From Catajapyx aquilonaris (taxonomy: Eukaryota): DNA of 64,000 bases. The first letter of the stretch is position 1, and each line of letters opens with the position of its first letter. The notes beneath the pieces were generated by a model. The model had not been told where the DNA came from. It searched no databases and was given only the letters and a program-made list of their open reading frames with translations. A program made the position numbers and the translations under genes. The stretch spans positions 1 to 64,000 of the forward strand of contig KZ538282.1 of NCBI GenBank assembly GCA_000934665.2. Direction: 5' to 3'. Below are positions 33,890 through 48,000 of the stretch, one piece after another.

Positions 33890-34855
33890 TTAAATAGCTT
33901 TCGGAATAAGCATGCCTACGGGCACTATGTTACGCCACTGTACACTTACCTTTTGAAGACATGTAATCGTAGCACTCATCGTCCTACTGTGAGTACATCA
34001 AAAGGAGTATTTAGGGTAATAATAGGATTATTCTTACAAAAAATATGAAATGCAGAATATTCAAAGACATTTTATTATATTTTCACTAGCAATACCAAAT
34101 TTGGAAACGTATCAACCAACTACTTGGATGAAATAGATGTTATAAAAGACTCCACAGCTACTGTAACACAAGATGGTGGTCAACTCAAATGGCGAGTCCC
34201 ACTATATTAGCTGTCTGTTGATCTTTATCTGTCACCTCTGAAGCCGGCAGTGCACCGGAAACTGGTTGTAACTCTGAGTATTAATAATACATGCTTGCTT
34301 ATTATCACCAAGTAGCTTGGATACAAATAATTTTTTTTTCCTTTACAAGTAGAACTCACTTTTACAAAAAGGTTAAATCTGATACAGAACACTATGAGAA
34401 AATGGGTAGGTCTACGTAATTAATCCACGCGCCGCGAAAGCAAAGTCGGGTAGAACGTACGGTCCTAGAACCGGAAGATGACACAGATAGATGTGGAAAG
34501 CAGCTAAGTAAATACGGACATATGCTCACGGACTACGTTGGAGACCTTCATATCCTGACATTGACCGATTAATGCATGTATCACAGGAGATCTAAGTAGC
34601 ATGTCGACCGCATATAGCCTTGAGAGAGAGCAGTGTCTCTGAAAAGAGATGATGAGTGGCTGTGACTCGCGGAAACTGGGAGAGAAAAGCCACGCACACC
34701 TAATCCGAATAAAACAATACATAAATAATCATACGGAAGACAATATATATACTCACACACGTCACACAGCAGTTCTTCGGTGTTTTTCTTCTTCTTTTTT
34801 TTCTCTCTCGGATGGCTTCGGAAACAGTTCGTTTCAGGAGGGGTTAAAAATCTGG

Positions 34856-35106
34856 GGACTTCTTTCATTTAATCACGGGACGGAGTGCGCTATTCAAACG
34901 TGGAACATCCGGGCTCGTCCAATTACAACAAAAAAGCTAACCTAATATGACCTAAATCTAACCATCTTCACTGCCACAGGCTACATAAGGACGCTGTATC
35001 CAAAGTTTGAGCGCTCTCCGATTATCAGAAGCCGAGATACAGCGAGTACCCCTCCACACCCTGCCCGCTCCCCTGCCTCCCCCATTGATTAAAGGAAAGA
35101 AGTGCC
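34856..35106. mobile_element. Inverted-repeat element with degenerate TAACC repeats
   Basis: GGACTTCTTTCATTTAATCA pairs with TGATTAAAGGAAAGAAGTGCC; CTAACCTAATATGACCTAAATCTAACC at about 34937-34963. Confidence 0.4.
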
Positions 35107-35857
35107 GACAATCTGTGGCAGGTCAAAGGGGTCATTCCAGGACAGTTTGGCACCCAAAGGTAATAACCATACATTTCTTTATTCCACTCAAAACTGACAC
35201 GCTGGTTGATTATTACAATGATATAACGAGCGGGATTATTTCAAACACCAGGGTCAACAGGTTGGTTAAATGCATACATATTACAAGTGTGTAAATCGGC
35301 GTAACTAATATCTCATACTCGACACTGCACCTGTTGACTCCAGGCGCGCTACTGGTGGATTCTTGCTGCCTATACTCTTGTCATAATAAGCCAACATGCC
35401 AGTCTTGAGTGGAACACAAAAGCATATGGTGTCGTTCTGAAATAATTTTTTGAGTGAAGTGTGATGGAATGACCCCACCTGCGATGGGAGACCTACAATC
35501 ATGGAAGCCATTTTGGTCGTGATGCACACACACTCATGCACGCGTCACGCACACGCACACATACGCACACTTCCCTTATCATAATAATATTAAACTCTCC
35601 TCTGTATGTCTTTCTTTTCTTATCTTTTGACTGGCGCAGTTCGAAGCAGAGAACAGCGTAGTCACTAGAGAGAACTTGCACAAAACACGCAGGCGATGGC
35701 AGTGAATGTACACATGACAAACACACATAGGCTACACACACTGAGAGGTGACGCTTTTAACACGTGTCTTGGTCAGCACGGCCATCGACACTGCGGGAAT
35801 GTATAGTCTGAGTGTTCGTATTTTTTGGGGGGAGATGAGGCAGATCCATCGGGAGGC

Positions 35858-36055
35858 CTAAATGTTGGCAATCTCGGTGATTTTGGGCTTGAACTTGATC
35901 TCGGCATATTCTGTCCTCCTGGGAGACCTGGATGGCCGAATGACCTTTGTGGATCCGTAGTTGCTGGTCCTGGGAAGCTGGAGATCAGTGTATAGGGAGT
36001 TGCGTTTCTCATAGTCTCTTCTTTCCGCTGTTCTTTGCCTGACTTCTTCCCTCCG
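35858..36055 (-). CDS. Ig receptor terminal exon
   Basis: tttgcag|CGG AGG GAA...: RREEVRQRTAERRDYEKRNSLYTDLQLPRTSNYGSTKVIRPSRSPRRTEYAEIKFKPKITEIANI*. Confidence 0.82.
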   Translation of the reverse strand, partial: RREEVRQRTAERRDYEKRNSLYTDLQLPRTSNYGSTKVIRPSRSPRRTEYAEIKFKPKITEIANI

Positions 36056-39000
36056 CTGCAAATCAAGAGTACACTTCAGCCTGCTCACACGGGAAGGGGC
36101 AGGGTAACATGCGACACTCTGAAAGCCTTTTGTAGTGGTGGTCTATAAGTGCTCAAAGCACAAGATTAGTTTTAGAAAAGCAGCTCCAGCAGGCGTATAT
36201 CCAAGGAGGTTTGTGGGGCGCCCCAGTCGCGTCACGGAGATCATGTTACGACAAGAACCCAAGCTTGTTCAATATGGCCACCCTTCATGCGTTCCCGTGA
36301 CGTCTCCATCGAACCTCCTTGGGCGTGATGTGCCATATCCTGTGCTGACAGCGTGTTAGGAGCAACGCGTGACGCATTTCTTATTTCATTCAGGTTATGC
36401 CATGCAGAAATAAAATACAAAAAGTGATAAATGTCATCGTCTCTCTTGGAAGTCTCTGTCAGTGAGTACGCACACACGCAAAGCACGCAAGCATGGTGTG
36501 GAGTGAGCGGTGTGTGTAGGTGCCTACCCATCGTTTCATGCATCCGGCTCGATCCGTCAGCAGTGCTCTCCTATACAGTGGTGGGTGGTTGGAGGATTGC
36601 AGCGGCTTGCCTCACCTTCATGTTCTCGTAATCTAAGTCACTGTGGTTAGGGGGAGGCTTCTTCGGAGAACTGTAGATGGCGTCCTGGGGGATGGGTCCA
36701 ATACTCGAACCCTTCACCGCTTTGCCGTTGTGGCTGCTGTCGCGAGTACTCTCGGCGTCGCTCTTCTCGCTGTGACAGCAAAAGCATTGGGTTACAGCTA
36801 TATGCACACACTACAGAAAATCAAGCATGCCCTGGATTGTTATGTCCAACTGAAGTCGTTACCTTTCCAGATCAGTTGGCTTGAAGTCACCCCGTTCTGG
36901 AAGAGAAAGCAAAAAAAGATGCCATAAGAACAGCAGTAAGGTCTTCAAATCAAGTCTTCAAGCATTCTGTCGGAATGGACGTAAATACATTGATCCACGT
37001 CGCGAATCAAGTCCAAGTGTCTGCTCAATCTTTGCGCAAAATCTCGTGAAATAGTAAACGCCAACTGATGCTCCGAGCGCTGGAAAACACCAAGAGATTC
37101 CACTTTTGAAAATTGGAACGGAAAGTCTGGGAACAGAAATCCAATCTTTGGGACAGATGAGGCAGGAATTACGGCTCTAATTTAATTCTGCAGATATACC
37201 CGGATTCAACTTTCGGATTAGATTTTGTAAATTGGCATACCAGGACAGACCTCATTTTGCGGTGCAAGAGGTAGAAGAAGCCTGGATTTTACGACCTCCT
37301 CCTCCACATTGCAGGTACTACATAGTACACTAACCAAACAACAAGAGCTAACCAATTGACACAAATCTTTCCGGATTTAAACATGCATTATGAGAGAGTC
37401 TGACTGCCGTAACAACGCTGCGTTTTGATGAAACCGACCGCTCTAAAAGTGCGAAAACAGGTAATTTGTGCCTTGACAGTGGAGGTATTTACAATGCGGG
37501 GGGGTTTGAGTGGTGGAGAGAAAGGGTGGGGGGTGGGGGGAACAGGGAGTTTCGGGGGGCGATAATTTACGACCTTTAATTAAAGCCGGGAATAGGCATT
37601 ATTAATGTCGGATTAAATTAATTTAAGCCCGGTCCTATGTAAGGGACGAGCACAGCTAGCTTTCTGGAGCCGCGTTTGCGCATGCAATTCTAAAGGGACG
37701 GAGGGGGTTGTGGAAGAGCAGGAGGAGGAAGAAATTCCTTCACTCGTTGTGCGGGTAATTACTTGGGTGAAAACGGAAAGGCGCCAAGTTATTAACAGCG
37801 CCGGCTTCATTTGTACCCACGAATATAATTCCCCTAGTGTTTGTTTCCCCTAGTTGCTTTCTTGTGGCCATTCAACCCGCACAAGCCAGCCCTAGTCAAA
37901 GGGAACCAAGTCTGCCCACTACATAGGTGCACTCCAAAAAATTTGGCCAATTAAATTGAAGAAGCGGATCTAGGGGACAGAATAAAAAATGGCAGACTGG
38001 AAAATGAAACATGGGAATTGGCACTGGTTGGGCCGCTAATTCTATGGGCCAACATCCATTTCGAGCTGAAAGTGGGGGGGATAGCGAGAAAAGTCCTTAT
38101 AGGCTTCCAGCTCGTTTGATGGCAGATGTTTGGCGGGAGGAATGCGTTGGGGCTCTCCAAATGGAGCCGGGTCCTTTCAATCCTTTTTCCCTTCCTCTCG
38201 AGGAAGACGAATAAAAAAAAAATGGTAAAATCTCGAGGCAAAACTTGGACTGCAAGCCAAAAAAGGAACGGAGAGGAAAGGAATGATGGCCGCTAATAGG
38301 ACGATGAAAGGAACTCGTAAATTTCTTCAGGCCCCCTGTGATAAGTCGTGATGGATGTAACTGGTTCCAATCGGCACTGCACTCCAAAAACTTGACAACT
38401 ACTCCACAAATTTACACCAACATTTGGAGCTAGCTGCCTCAGGGTCTGAAAGTGGGTGGTAGGGCTAGACGAAAGGACAAATTAATAGCCCAGATGCCTG
38501 AATTGGGGGCTTGGCGGTCCGTAAACGATTAGTCGTGGGCAACCTAAACCGTGCGCATGTGATTACACCACCCGGCTTGATCTACTGTTCTATCTTTTCT
38601 GGCTGGCTTGGCAATGGAGGTCGCGAAAAGGGAAGGTCGGGAAGAAGAGAGAGTAGCTATATAGGGATGGGATGGATTTTCATTACACGGCTAATCTCCT
38701 GCGGGGATTACCTACATGCTATTATGCTGCTTACGCGATGGAAAATGACGTTGGGGGAGGAGACCAACCGTTTAGAGTTGGGAGAGTGCCCTCAGGATTT
38801 GTCATATTTTTTCCCTCTCGCTGCCAAGTGGTGTACAGGCCTGCAGGGAGGTTCGTACTATTCTGGCCTGTTGTAACTATTCAATTTTTCAGAGCGAAAC
38901 AGCGTTTGTGGTGAGGGTATATGGGGAGGGAAGGTACATAATTTATATATTTACAGTGGAAATGACGAGTTCAGAGAGGGGCTTCCAGGGACGGGGGATG

Positions 39001-42000
39001 GCCAGAGGCACAAATTGTGACCAGAGCGGGAGGCTGGGGAGATAATGTAAATAATTTTTTTGTGGCGAAACACAATGGCGGCATGGGGCGGTATTTACAT
39101 TTTGACACATGCGCCTGATCAAATTTAAGTGTATTTTTCTCTCGAGGTATAGTCCTCCAAAAAAAAAAAAAAAAAGTTTTGGATGAACCCATGAAAAGCT
39201 TGAAAAGAACCTTTAAGATCCCATCAAGTTGGCACGTTTGTGGCCCACCAGCACTCCACCTCGGCCTATGTGCAAGTAGAAAAGGACCAGGGCAAGCTCC
39301 CCAATCGACCCGTTTCGACTTCAAAGGCGGCGGAGCATTTCAAGCACTCCCAGTAACGAAGATTTTTCTCTCCTTCAATCCCTCCCCATCGGATAGAAAA
39401 GAAGGGTCCTGAACCACATGAATGCTCAGAACTCCAGGCATGTGGAGGTCTTGGTGGCTTTCGCAGCTGATATCGCTTTCTGTTTTGTCGGATGTCTCTT
39501 TGTGCGGTCGTACCCAATCTGATTGGATTCCCTCAACTCAATTAGATTCCGCTGGAGGAGGAGGACTAAAAGTGCTGGCGTCAATTCATGGCGCTTCTAC
39601 TAATCCGGGAGCAATTCACGCGATAAACTTAATGAGTCTATACCTGTGTTGATGCTGGAAGAAGTCAGTACAGACGGAAATTTCTCTTAACAATCGGCTT
39701 CGTGTTTTCTGATTCCGTCTTGGCGAGTTGTAATTCCAAGAGTCTTATCTCGCCGTTTTTTATTTATTTGGCAGAGTTATTCAGGGATGTCCTTCTGTTT
39801 TCAAATATTTGCTCATGCAAAAAGTGTCTGGATTTCCAGACGCTTTTCTCTTCCTATTTCGCTGCAGCACAGCTTGCGCACGCATTGGACCATATTTTAA
39901 AAGGAAGCCAGTGGAATGGAAGTACCGTAGAATTGGCCAATTCGCTTCCGCCGCAGCAATATTGTTCCACATGTTTATTAAGACGTAGGCAGTGGAACTC
40001 GTAAATGAAGTCCACATTTCCAGGCAATTTTGCACAAAACGTAAATGAGTTTGCACCCCGCTTTTACACTAGACCCACTCGGCTTTTCTATTATTACCAG
40101 TGTTCTTTCCTTTTTCCTGGTCACTCGCACTTTTTTTTTCTGTGGTCGCACAAGCTGCGTGGACCATATCGATTGCAAAGTTTGAGCAATGACTGCATGG
40201 GCTCTGGAAAAGAGGATCTGGCATCAGTTGTAGAGGGCGCCAGGAATGAAGCCCCCATGTTAGCCACACTTGAAAGCTTTTAGTTGCCAATGACAGTTGA
40301 CAGTATAATAACCTCACGCAGTGGTTTCACTTTATTGTTTTAGACCTCAACTCGGTGACAAATGGAAGTCTCACTCTTGGTGCCCACTCAGAGGAAAGTT
40401 CAGGGCACTTAAAGAGACCACCAGTCGTGTATCATCAACTGCTCCCATTATTTATTTACAAATGAGCTGAGATTGTTAAGATTCATTTACAACACTCGTG
40501 GTATACACCGTACATGGAGAAACCACTAACGTGAGATTACAACCATACAGTTCCGATGGCTTCAAGGAAGCCTGAAAGACTAGGAAACGATAATAATTCG
40601 GAAGACCGCGCAATGCACAAGATACCCGCCATTTGGGTTGACTACTAACCCCGACAGAAAAATGTACATGCTGACCCAACACCATTCAAAAGCCCCCGTA
40701 CGCCATCATGCACCGGAAAAAGTAGTCTCTTGAGTACAGTGTAAGGCAGTGTTGGAAATGGAACGGGCTTCTCGGAGTTTTCGCTATTAAAACCGCACTG
40801 CTGGAGGAACTCTACCGCTAGAATTGCACACATTAGCGAAAGTTTGTTCCTTGTCACTTTTTAAAACTCTTCCTCTGGGAGAACAAGCACAACACTCGCG
40901 GGTAAGAATTGACACTTTCAGACATTACATGTTGGGGTTTCCCACATGATTTCTCCTTTTTTGTCTGTCTGGATCAAACTGATCCCACAGAGCTTTTATA
41001 CCCTCTTATCATGAAAAGATAGCAACGCCCGTGGACATAATGGGCTCGATAAAACCAGTAAAGGTGTTAGCAGGTCATCACCACAGCTTTACGGGCTACA
41101 TAAGTGCGCGATTTGGTTCCTCCGCCTCTTATGCTGCTTTAAAAAAAAACCTTAATGCAAACGACTTTAAAATGAAAGATCTTTAAATCCGTCCGTCGCA
41201 GTGTCTCTTGAAAAACAAAGTTTGATTCACTGCAGATGGCCCTTGGGAACTTATATTACTCTTGTACATACTGTACCAGAAAATTTCAAGTTAGGCATAA
41301 TCCGCGTGAAAGCGTTCTCGGTTGTGTTTTTTTTTTTGCCCCTTTGGTTACAAAAGTTCTGCTGGGTTACCCCATGGCAGAACCCCGGCAGCAGCTTTCT
41401 GCAACCGGATTGAAGGTCCGAGTAACCCGCAGGGTTGCCGCGAGAATTTGATTCCGAGGGCTTGCGGAATGGCGGCACAAGACGGGAGAGGAGGGTTAAT
41501 GGAATTTCTGTGTACACCAGAGAGATCTCTTTACAAGATGCAGCGCCCATTTGGTATGCAGCTGCAGCCCGTTCCGCTTGCCATGTCCTTTAATCGCGGT
41601 CTTCAGCGACTAACGAGCCCCTTTCAGCTAAATTCACTGCCATTAGCTCTCTTGTAACTTGCCTTACATTTTTTTCAGTAAAAGGTCTCGATGTTTTAAA
41701 AAATAGTAAACGCCCATTTTTAGGCATAGTGTCCATGTTTGTACACAATGCTACAACAAATCGGATCATCACACAAATCCCCACCGATTTTGACGAGAAA
41801 TAGAAGTCCAATTCTACGACCTGACATGGCTCAATTTTCAATATTACACCTCCGCGATCGTCATTTGGCATCCGCCAGAAGTTCGGCGGGGTGATTCCTG
41901 CTCGCGTCAGCGTTACTTAATGGAGGCCACTTTGTGATTGGCCGCGACCCAAGGGCCATCTGTCGGGACGCCCAGAGAGGAATATACCCGCACCTGCTAC

Positions 42001-45000
42001 GACACTCGAAAGACGCTTCACTCCCCGAAGAGAGAGCTTCACTGCCCGAATTTATTTCCCGGAGAAAAACTTTCCGTTCATGTCAGCCCCATAAAAAGGA
42101 GGTTATTATTTCTCCCACCGCTGCCACCATCAAATTTACGTCGCGGACCGGATTGGTCGGAAAAGCAGGCATTGTTCTCCAGAAAATATGGTTGTGGTAA
42201 GCACGATCCGTATAGCCAGGATACAATCGGGCGTCCAACAGTTCCTCCAACTCCCAAAGACCCCTTGGCTTCCTTTATCAACTCGGTTCAAAAGCACTTT
42301 TTTGCCCTTCTACTATACCCACCCCCTCCGCTGCTCCACTTGTTACATGAAGAAAAAAAACTGGGGCTTTTTCTCATTAGGTGTAAAATGTGTGTTGCTG
42401 TCTACAAAAACGCATAGCATTTTTTGGTCCTTTCAAGGAATCGAGCCACATTCACAAAACTATCCTCGGGAAATGAACCTATTCGTTTTCGTTGTATAAC
42501 TGGAGACATGACAAGACATAACTGGTGCGCTAAAAACTAGTGACTTACATTGCACACATGACTCCACACAAAATCATTCTCACTAGTGGTGTAACAATTA
42601 CAGAGTAACAAGATCAGACTTCACAACCTATGAACTACCATGGGTGCATAACCCTGAGGAATGATCAAACATATGCTGAATCTTGCACAGCGTATGTGCA
42701 GTCATAAAATTACTGCTGTAGACTGTTCAATGCAGTATTTTTCGGAAGCTTCTGAGCACTCACTTCACTTATCTAAAATAGGAGATTAAAAACTGGACCA
42801 ACGAATAGATGCATTTTCCCGACTTCAGTTCACATCACGAGCATCAGAGCAGGACATTGACATCGCAGAACGTGACAGTTCCTCCAGACTACATCGACAC
42901 GTTGCTCTGGCTGCCAGCATGCAGGAAACATAAACAGAACGGTACAGTAGGCTGGGCCATGCTGCACTTTTAAAGCGCTACAGCACGTGGCATGGGGAAT
43001 GCTTTGAAGTCTTCCCTTCGGGAGGAAAATACTTGAATACGTAGCCGTGGTACAAGGACAGAGAAGAAGAAGGCCCTGGCAAAAGAAGAAAACAAGTTGA
43101 ATAAAATGAAACCACAGCCAAAAAAATAAAAGAATCTTGCACAGCAAGTCATCTACAGCCATATGTCAAGCATGTGCCCCCATCATGCACTATCCCAAAT
43201 ATTAGTGTTAAATGCATTTTTTTCCTCAGCACCTTAGTCATATTAGTGCTTACCCTGAATACCAATCACATTTGGACTTACGAGAAAGAAAAAAAGGGAA
43301 AAAAACCAGATTAGGACCAAGGGGTCTCGTGCACCCTAGCCGAGCTTTGGGGGAGCAAATGGAGACGAGTGGAGCCTGTAACTCGGGCAGTATGCAAGAA
43401 GGCAAAGTCCTTCCATTCCATCCCAATCCCAAAATTTCTACTCCCAAGGAAAGCCAAACACGTTGGGGCCCGAAAGCCGGCCCGGATCCTCCGCAAACTA
43501 ACGGAGATAAATGAGGCTCGTCTCTCCTCGAGACTCTGTGCCTCTTCAACCACACGAAATATGACGCGTCACTCTTTCGTCTAACTTCCTTTTGCCCACC
43601 CCCTCTCAAAAAAAATGGTGGGGGAGGAGATGTCTTTCAGAGAAAATGTTTCCGGCAGAAAAATTGATCCGATGTCACAACACACTATAATTCCTTCCCT
43701 CCAGTGGATGGAACAGGCACTCTAGTGCACTATTATTGCCACATTATTTTTAAGAGAAGGGGGCAAGGGGAAGTAATGCGACACTTTTTTGACCAGCATA
43801 TCCTTCTTTCAGATGGCTTGCAGTAAAACCTGAAGCTCTGCCGTCACACATTGGCGAGCATTTTTTGTTTTGTTTTGTTTTCTACCCACCCCAACCTCAT
43901 GTCAATCCGTCGAAAAAGGTGACGAGTCTGGAGGTTTTTCTACTTACGGGAGAAGCACCACTTTTCCGTTTTGAAGGCATACAAAATGAATAGCACTACG
44001 ATGACTAGGAGGATAAGGCAACCAATCACAATTCCCATGACCGTCGCCATCGAAACCGGATCTGGAAGACAAAGTGATGTGTCAGGTACTCTGTACGTCA
44101 CTAGAGTGTCGTGGAAAGGGTTACAAGTGCTGCTACTGTGCAAACTATTGGACTTGCAACGTTGGACAAAGGGACTCGTGCAGAATGAAAAAAACGATAT
44201 TACAAAAAACACAAAGAGAGGTGAGTGACAGAGGCTTCACCTCGCTTAACAGTTGACAGGACATGACAGGTTTCAATATTGCTACAATCTCACGCATTAT
44301 GATCAGGAAAGGGGCTGATAACTCGTGACCTATGGCTTCTTGGTCTTAGAACATGCAACAGTGGAATAATTTGACGTGTAGACCAACCCCCTCCGTTTTA
44401 TTGGTGGTTATGCGTGAAAGAGTTAACGTTCACCAGCATGCAATTCTGGAGGGGATTGGACTACAACTTTCTGGGAGGTTATGTCTCGGTAATAGTCACG
44501 CATCCGGGAGACATGCTTACAAGAATCTGTAGATTAATAATCACAAACCGCCAATTTCAACGAGTTATCAACTTTGACCTACAAGGTAATCACTCTACCT
44601 CCGAACGCAAATACATGTAACTAACACACTTTCTAATACCGAAACATGGCAAGTACCACAATCATTGACTGCATTACTGTTCTCGAGTTCACGTCGTGTC
44701 AGTCACGACCTCGTTTCCTTTCTTCATGTCTGGTGCTAGTTACAGTACCTGCATGCAGAGGTATTGACCAATACATACCAACACCATTCTATTCTACTAC
44801 CCACTGTCCACCCATGCACCCCATAAATACATCATGCACGGGTTGGAGCATGGTCATCGTCTGCAAGTGTGTTACATACACTTCTTAGTCCATTTTTGAA
44901 TAGAATTATTCCAAGTTGAGTAGAGCAGAATGTCTTAAGACAGCTGAGAAGAAGGCCGATGGACGCATCCATGTTCCCCCCTCGTGCCCCCGTACGCACC

Positions 45001-48000
45001 CCGGATAGTGTCTCCTCCTGGCTCACCTCTGACGGCAAGAGCCACGGCGTATCGGTCGAGCCCATGGTCATTCTCCACCTGCAGGTAGTAGTTGCGGGCA
45101 TCGGCTGCATCAGTCCGAAGCACACGAAGACGGGCCTCGTAGCAGTCCTCCCGTTTCTCCTGGCCAAATCCCAAAATTTACTAATACACACACCACGACT
45201 ACATTTTTATCACTATCAGTTTCAGCTCATTATTTCTTGGACATTTTAATCATCTCAAGGACAGATGCGACCTTGTAAACCATCCTCATCCATAAAAAAT
45301 ATCTCCACGTAGCCCCTTATTCATGTTACCAAACCCAGAGACCAACCCTCCATGCAAAGCTGAAAGAAGGGAATATGGCGTGAATTATGGGGTTGCGTGA
45401 AGAAGTGAAGCCAATTACGTGACTTCTTTAACGTTTCCAAGCCCATTTTTTGTATCCCAGGTAGAGGGTGGCTAACAAGGTGCCAGTGACGCCCCTGACA
45501 GATGGATCAGATATCACCTGAGGTGTTCCACGTTACGTTGGTTATGTGTTCATTACATGTGCAAAGAGTTTTGTGTGGATAGTATACCAAGAAATAATGG
45601 CTGGACACAACGTTCTCCAATTTTAGGAGAGATGTCCACTATAAGAGAAGCTATATGCTATCTCTGTACTGTTGCTACAGTTGGCACTCCAATCTGAGCA
45701 CACGTATGTGACATTTGGTGACGAGTGGAAAGCACTGCACTTGCCAGCTGTCTGCGACACTAGAAATCCTTCCCATGACAGTTTTGATTGAAAACTGCCA
45801 CACATTTTGACTCCAGAAGTACAATATTTATGCCACATGACGTAAATGTTGCCCCGAGCTTATTTTACGTTCTGAAAATGTTCTCGTTCTGGAAACTTGA
45901 CTCTCAGCAGGAACTAGTCCCAGCAGGTTGAATATTATGATCGTTGCAATATCTTCATTTGTGAGGCTTCCTGGCGGGAGCAATCCCTTGGCCACGCAAA
46001 GATCCAATAATGATCCAGCTCGTTATGACTAGTGAAAACTCGGGGACTCGAAAGGAAATGGGGGGCCAATAAAGCTTCGCCGATAGTCAAGGAAACTTCT
46101 CAAACAACTCCAATCTGCATTATTTCAAAGAAACTAGGGGGGTTAAGTATGCAAGTAGATATCCCTCAAAAGGAAGCCAGAAGTTAAAACACAAAGCCGC
46201 AGAACAATTTTGACAATAAATGATTCCAGTTTTACAACATGGTTCTTTGCAAACCTTTGACTTTGCACAGATTTTTTTAAAAAGGTCAGAGAACCAGAGA
46301 GCTAAAAGTAGGCGCAAATCTAACTAAACAGGTCCATATTACGCAGTGTGTAATATATGCAGACATATTCATATACTCTCACGTTTGTTATTGACATGCT
46401 GCCAGTTGACTTTTTGTTGCTATGCCCCGAAAAAGTAGGGGCAGTCAAAATTATCCTAATTAAGTTTGGAGGGAGGCTAGAACCGATTAAAATATTTATA
46501 TCCACATTTGTGAACCGCTACAGTGATTACTGCAAAGTTCTCGTTTGGGGGCATGTGATACATTTAGTTTGCTTTTTATAAAAACAGTCAGATATAGTCA
46601 TTTCCATTATGTATACAGCACACGCATATACACTATTCAAGAACTCGTGAGAGATGTATTATACAGTGTCTCTGTATATTTTGGTAAGCTGCTAAGTTCT
46701 ACAGTACACTGACGCAGTTCATGCAGTATTCTACTACATTATTTTCAGACGTGACAATGAACTGTAGTATAAGACTACTGGCACAATTAGACCTACCACT
46801 GTTTTAGTACAAGCAGCAACAAAGTGACATTCATTTCCGCATTAATGGACTGTCATCGACGCAAAACTTTTCACCTTTGATTGAGTTCATCGGTCCAGGA
46901 CGTTTTTAAAAATGTATAAATTTTGAATAATTCATATGTTCCAGATACGTCGAGCCGCTAACTAACCAATTTAATGTCATAAACACCGCGTAACTGCCCG
47001 GAACCATATCCATGACGTGACTGCCGATGGCAGAGAGAACTATATGTATTGGAAATGGCTGATCAATGTTATACACGATGTACTGGAGAGTAGTGTAACG
47101 CCGAACATGATTCAATTAACAGCCCAACTCGCATCGCAAGAAACGACCCACCCTATAGAGAAACGCAGACACAGATTTACCCGGGTCGTAAATCGGTCGT
47201 AAGGTGAGTGATTCCGGAACTAATTGTGCTGTAAACTGGCGTGTGCTGAGTGGATTTCGTGCATGTATTGCTGGACCGTATTGCAAACCTACTGTTAGCT
47301 GTCTTGCTCCCGAGTATCCCCATTTGCTGGATACAACGCCAGGCAAATATTTGAAGCCAACAGCAAGCCCGATGGAGCGAAAGAGATACTCTCTCTTTCA
47401 CTTTGGCTAAGCGGTTGGTTCCATGATTGATGAGATCGCCCTCTGGCCTGCGTGACCACAGGGCTAGCTAATGGAATCCGGATCGAAACTTTAACCGCTT
47501 TTTTTTTTTGAACAGCTCCACAACTCTTTCGGCCATTCCCACCTGAACAGCAAAGCGATTAGTTTCCGTCATCTTTAGGGCAGAGCGCATACATCTTTAA
47601 AGTGTACATGCTGCGGTGGTATACTCTCATGGAGGATTATTATTGCTTCCGGGCAAAATGAGGCTCCTACCTGGTTTCCAATAGGTGGTCATCAACGGAA
47701 GCTCCAAGAGGACGCAGGCTTAGCGTTATAGGTCCAGCAAAAGATTAATCCTCTGGCTCCCCCAGGGCCTGGCATCCTTGGACGCCCACAATATGGTAAT
47801 AGTCAGGGGATAAAGGCCCAGAGCCCATGATCGGGGGCTAAAATTACCACTACCTGACCTCTTATAATATGCTCGTTTATTCCAGCCCGGCTATTCCACC
47901 AATAATTCAGCGCCCCGGGCATCCGCAGGAAATTACCTGAAAAGTCGCCTTGTCTTCTGCACCAGCTAATGGACTGACTCTCTTTCCATTGCTAGATGTT

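Noticed and set aside
36260..36342. Extra cassette exon (DMAHHAQGGSMETSRERMK) in the last Ig-gene intron
   Set aside because: The acceptor is plausible but no good in-phase donor was found; needs RNA evidence.
36886..36894. RGD integrin-binding motif in the Ig receptor
   Set aside because: It lies on the cytoplasmic side of the transmembrane helix.
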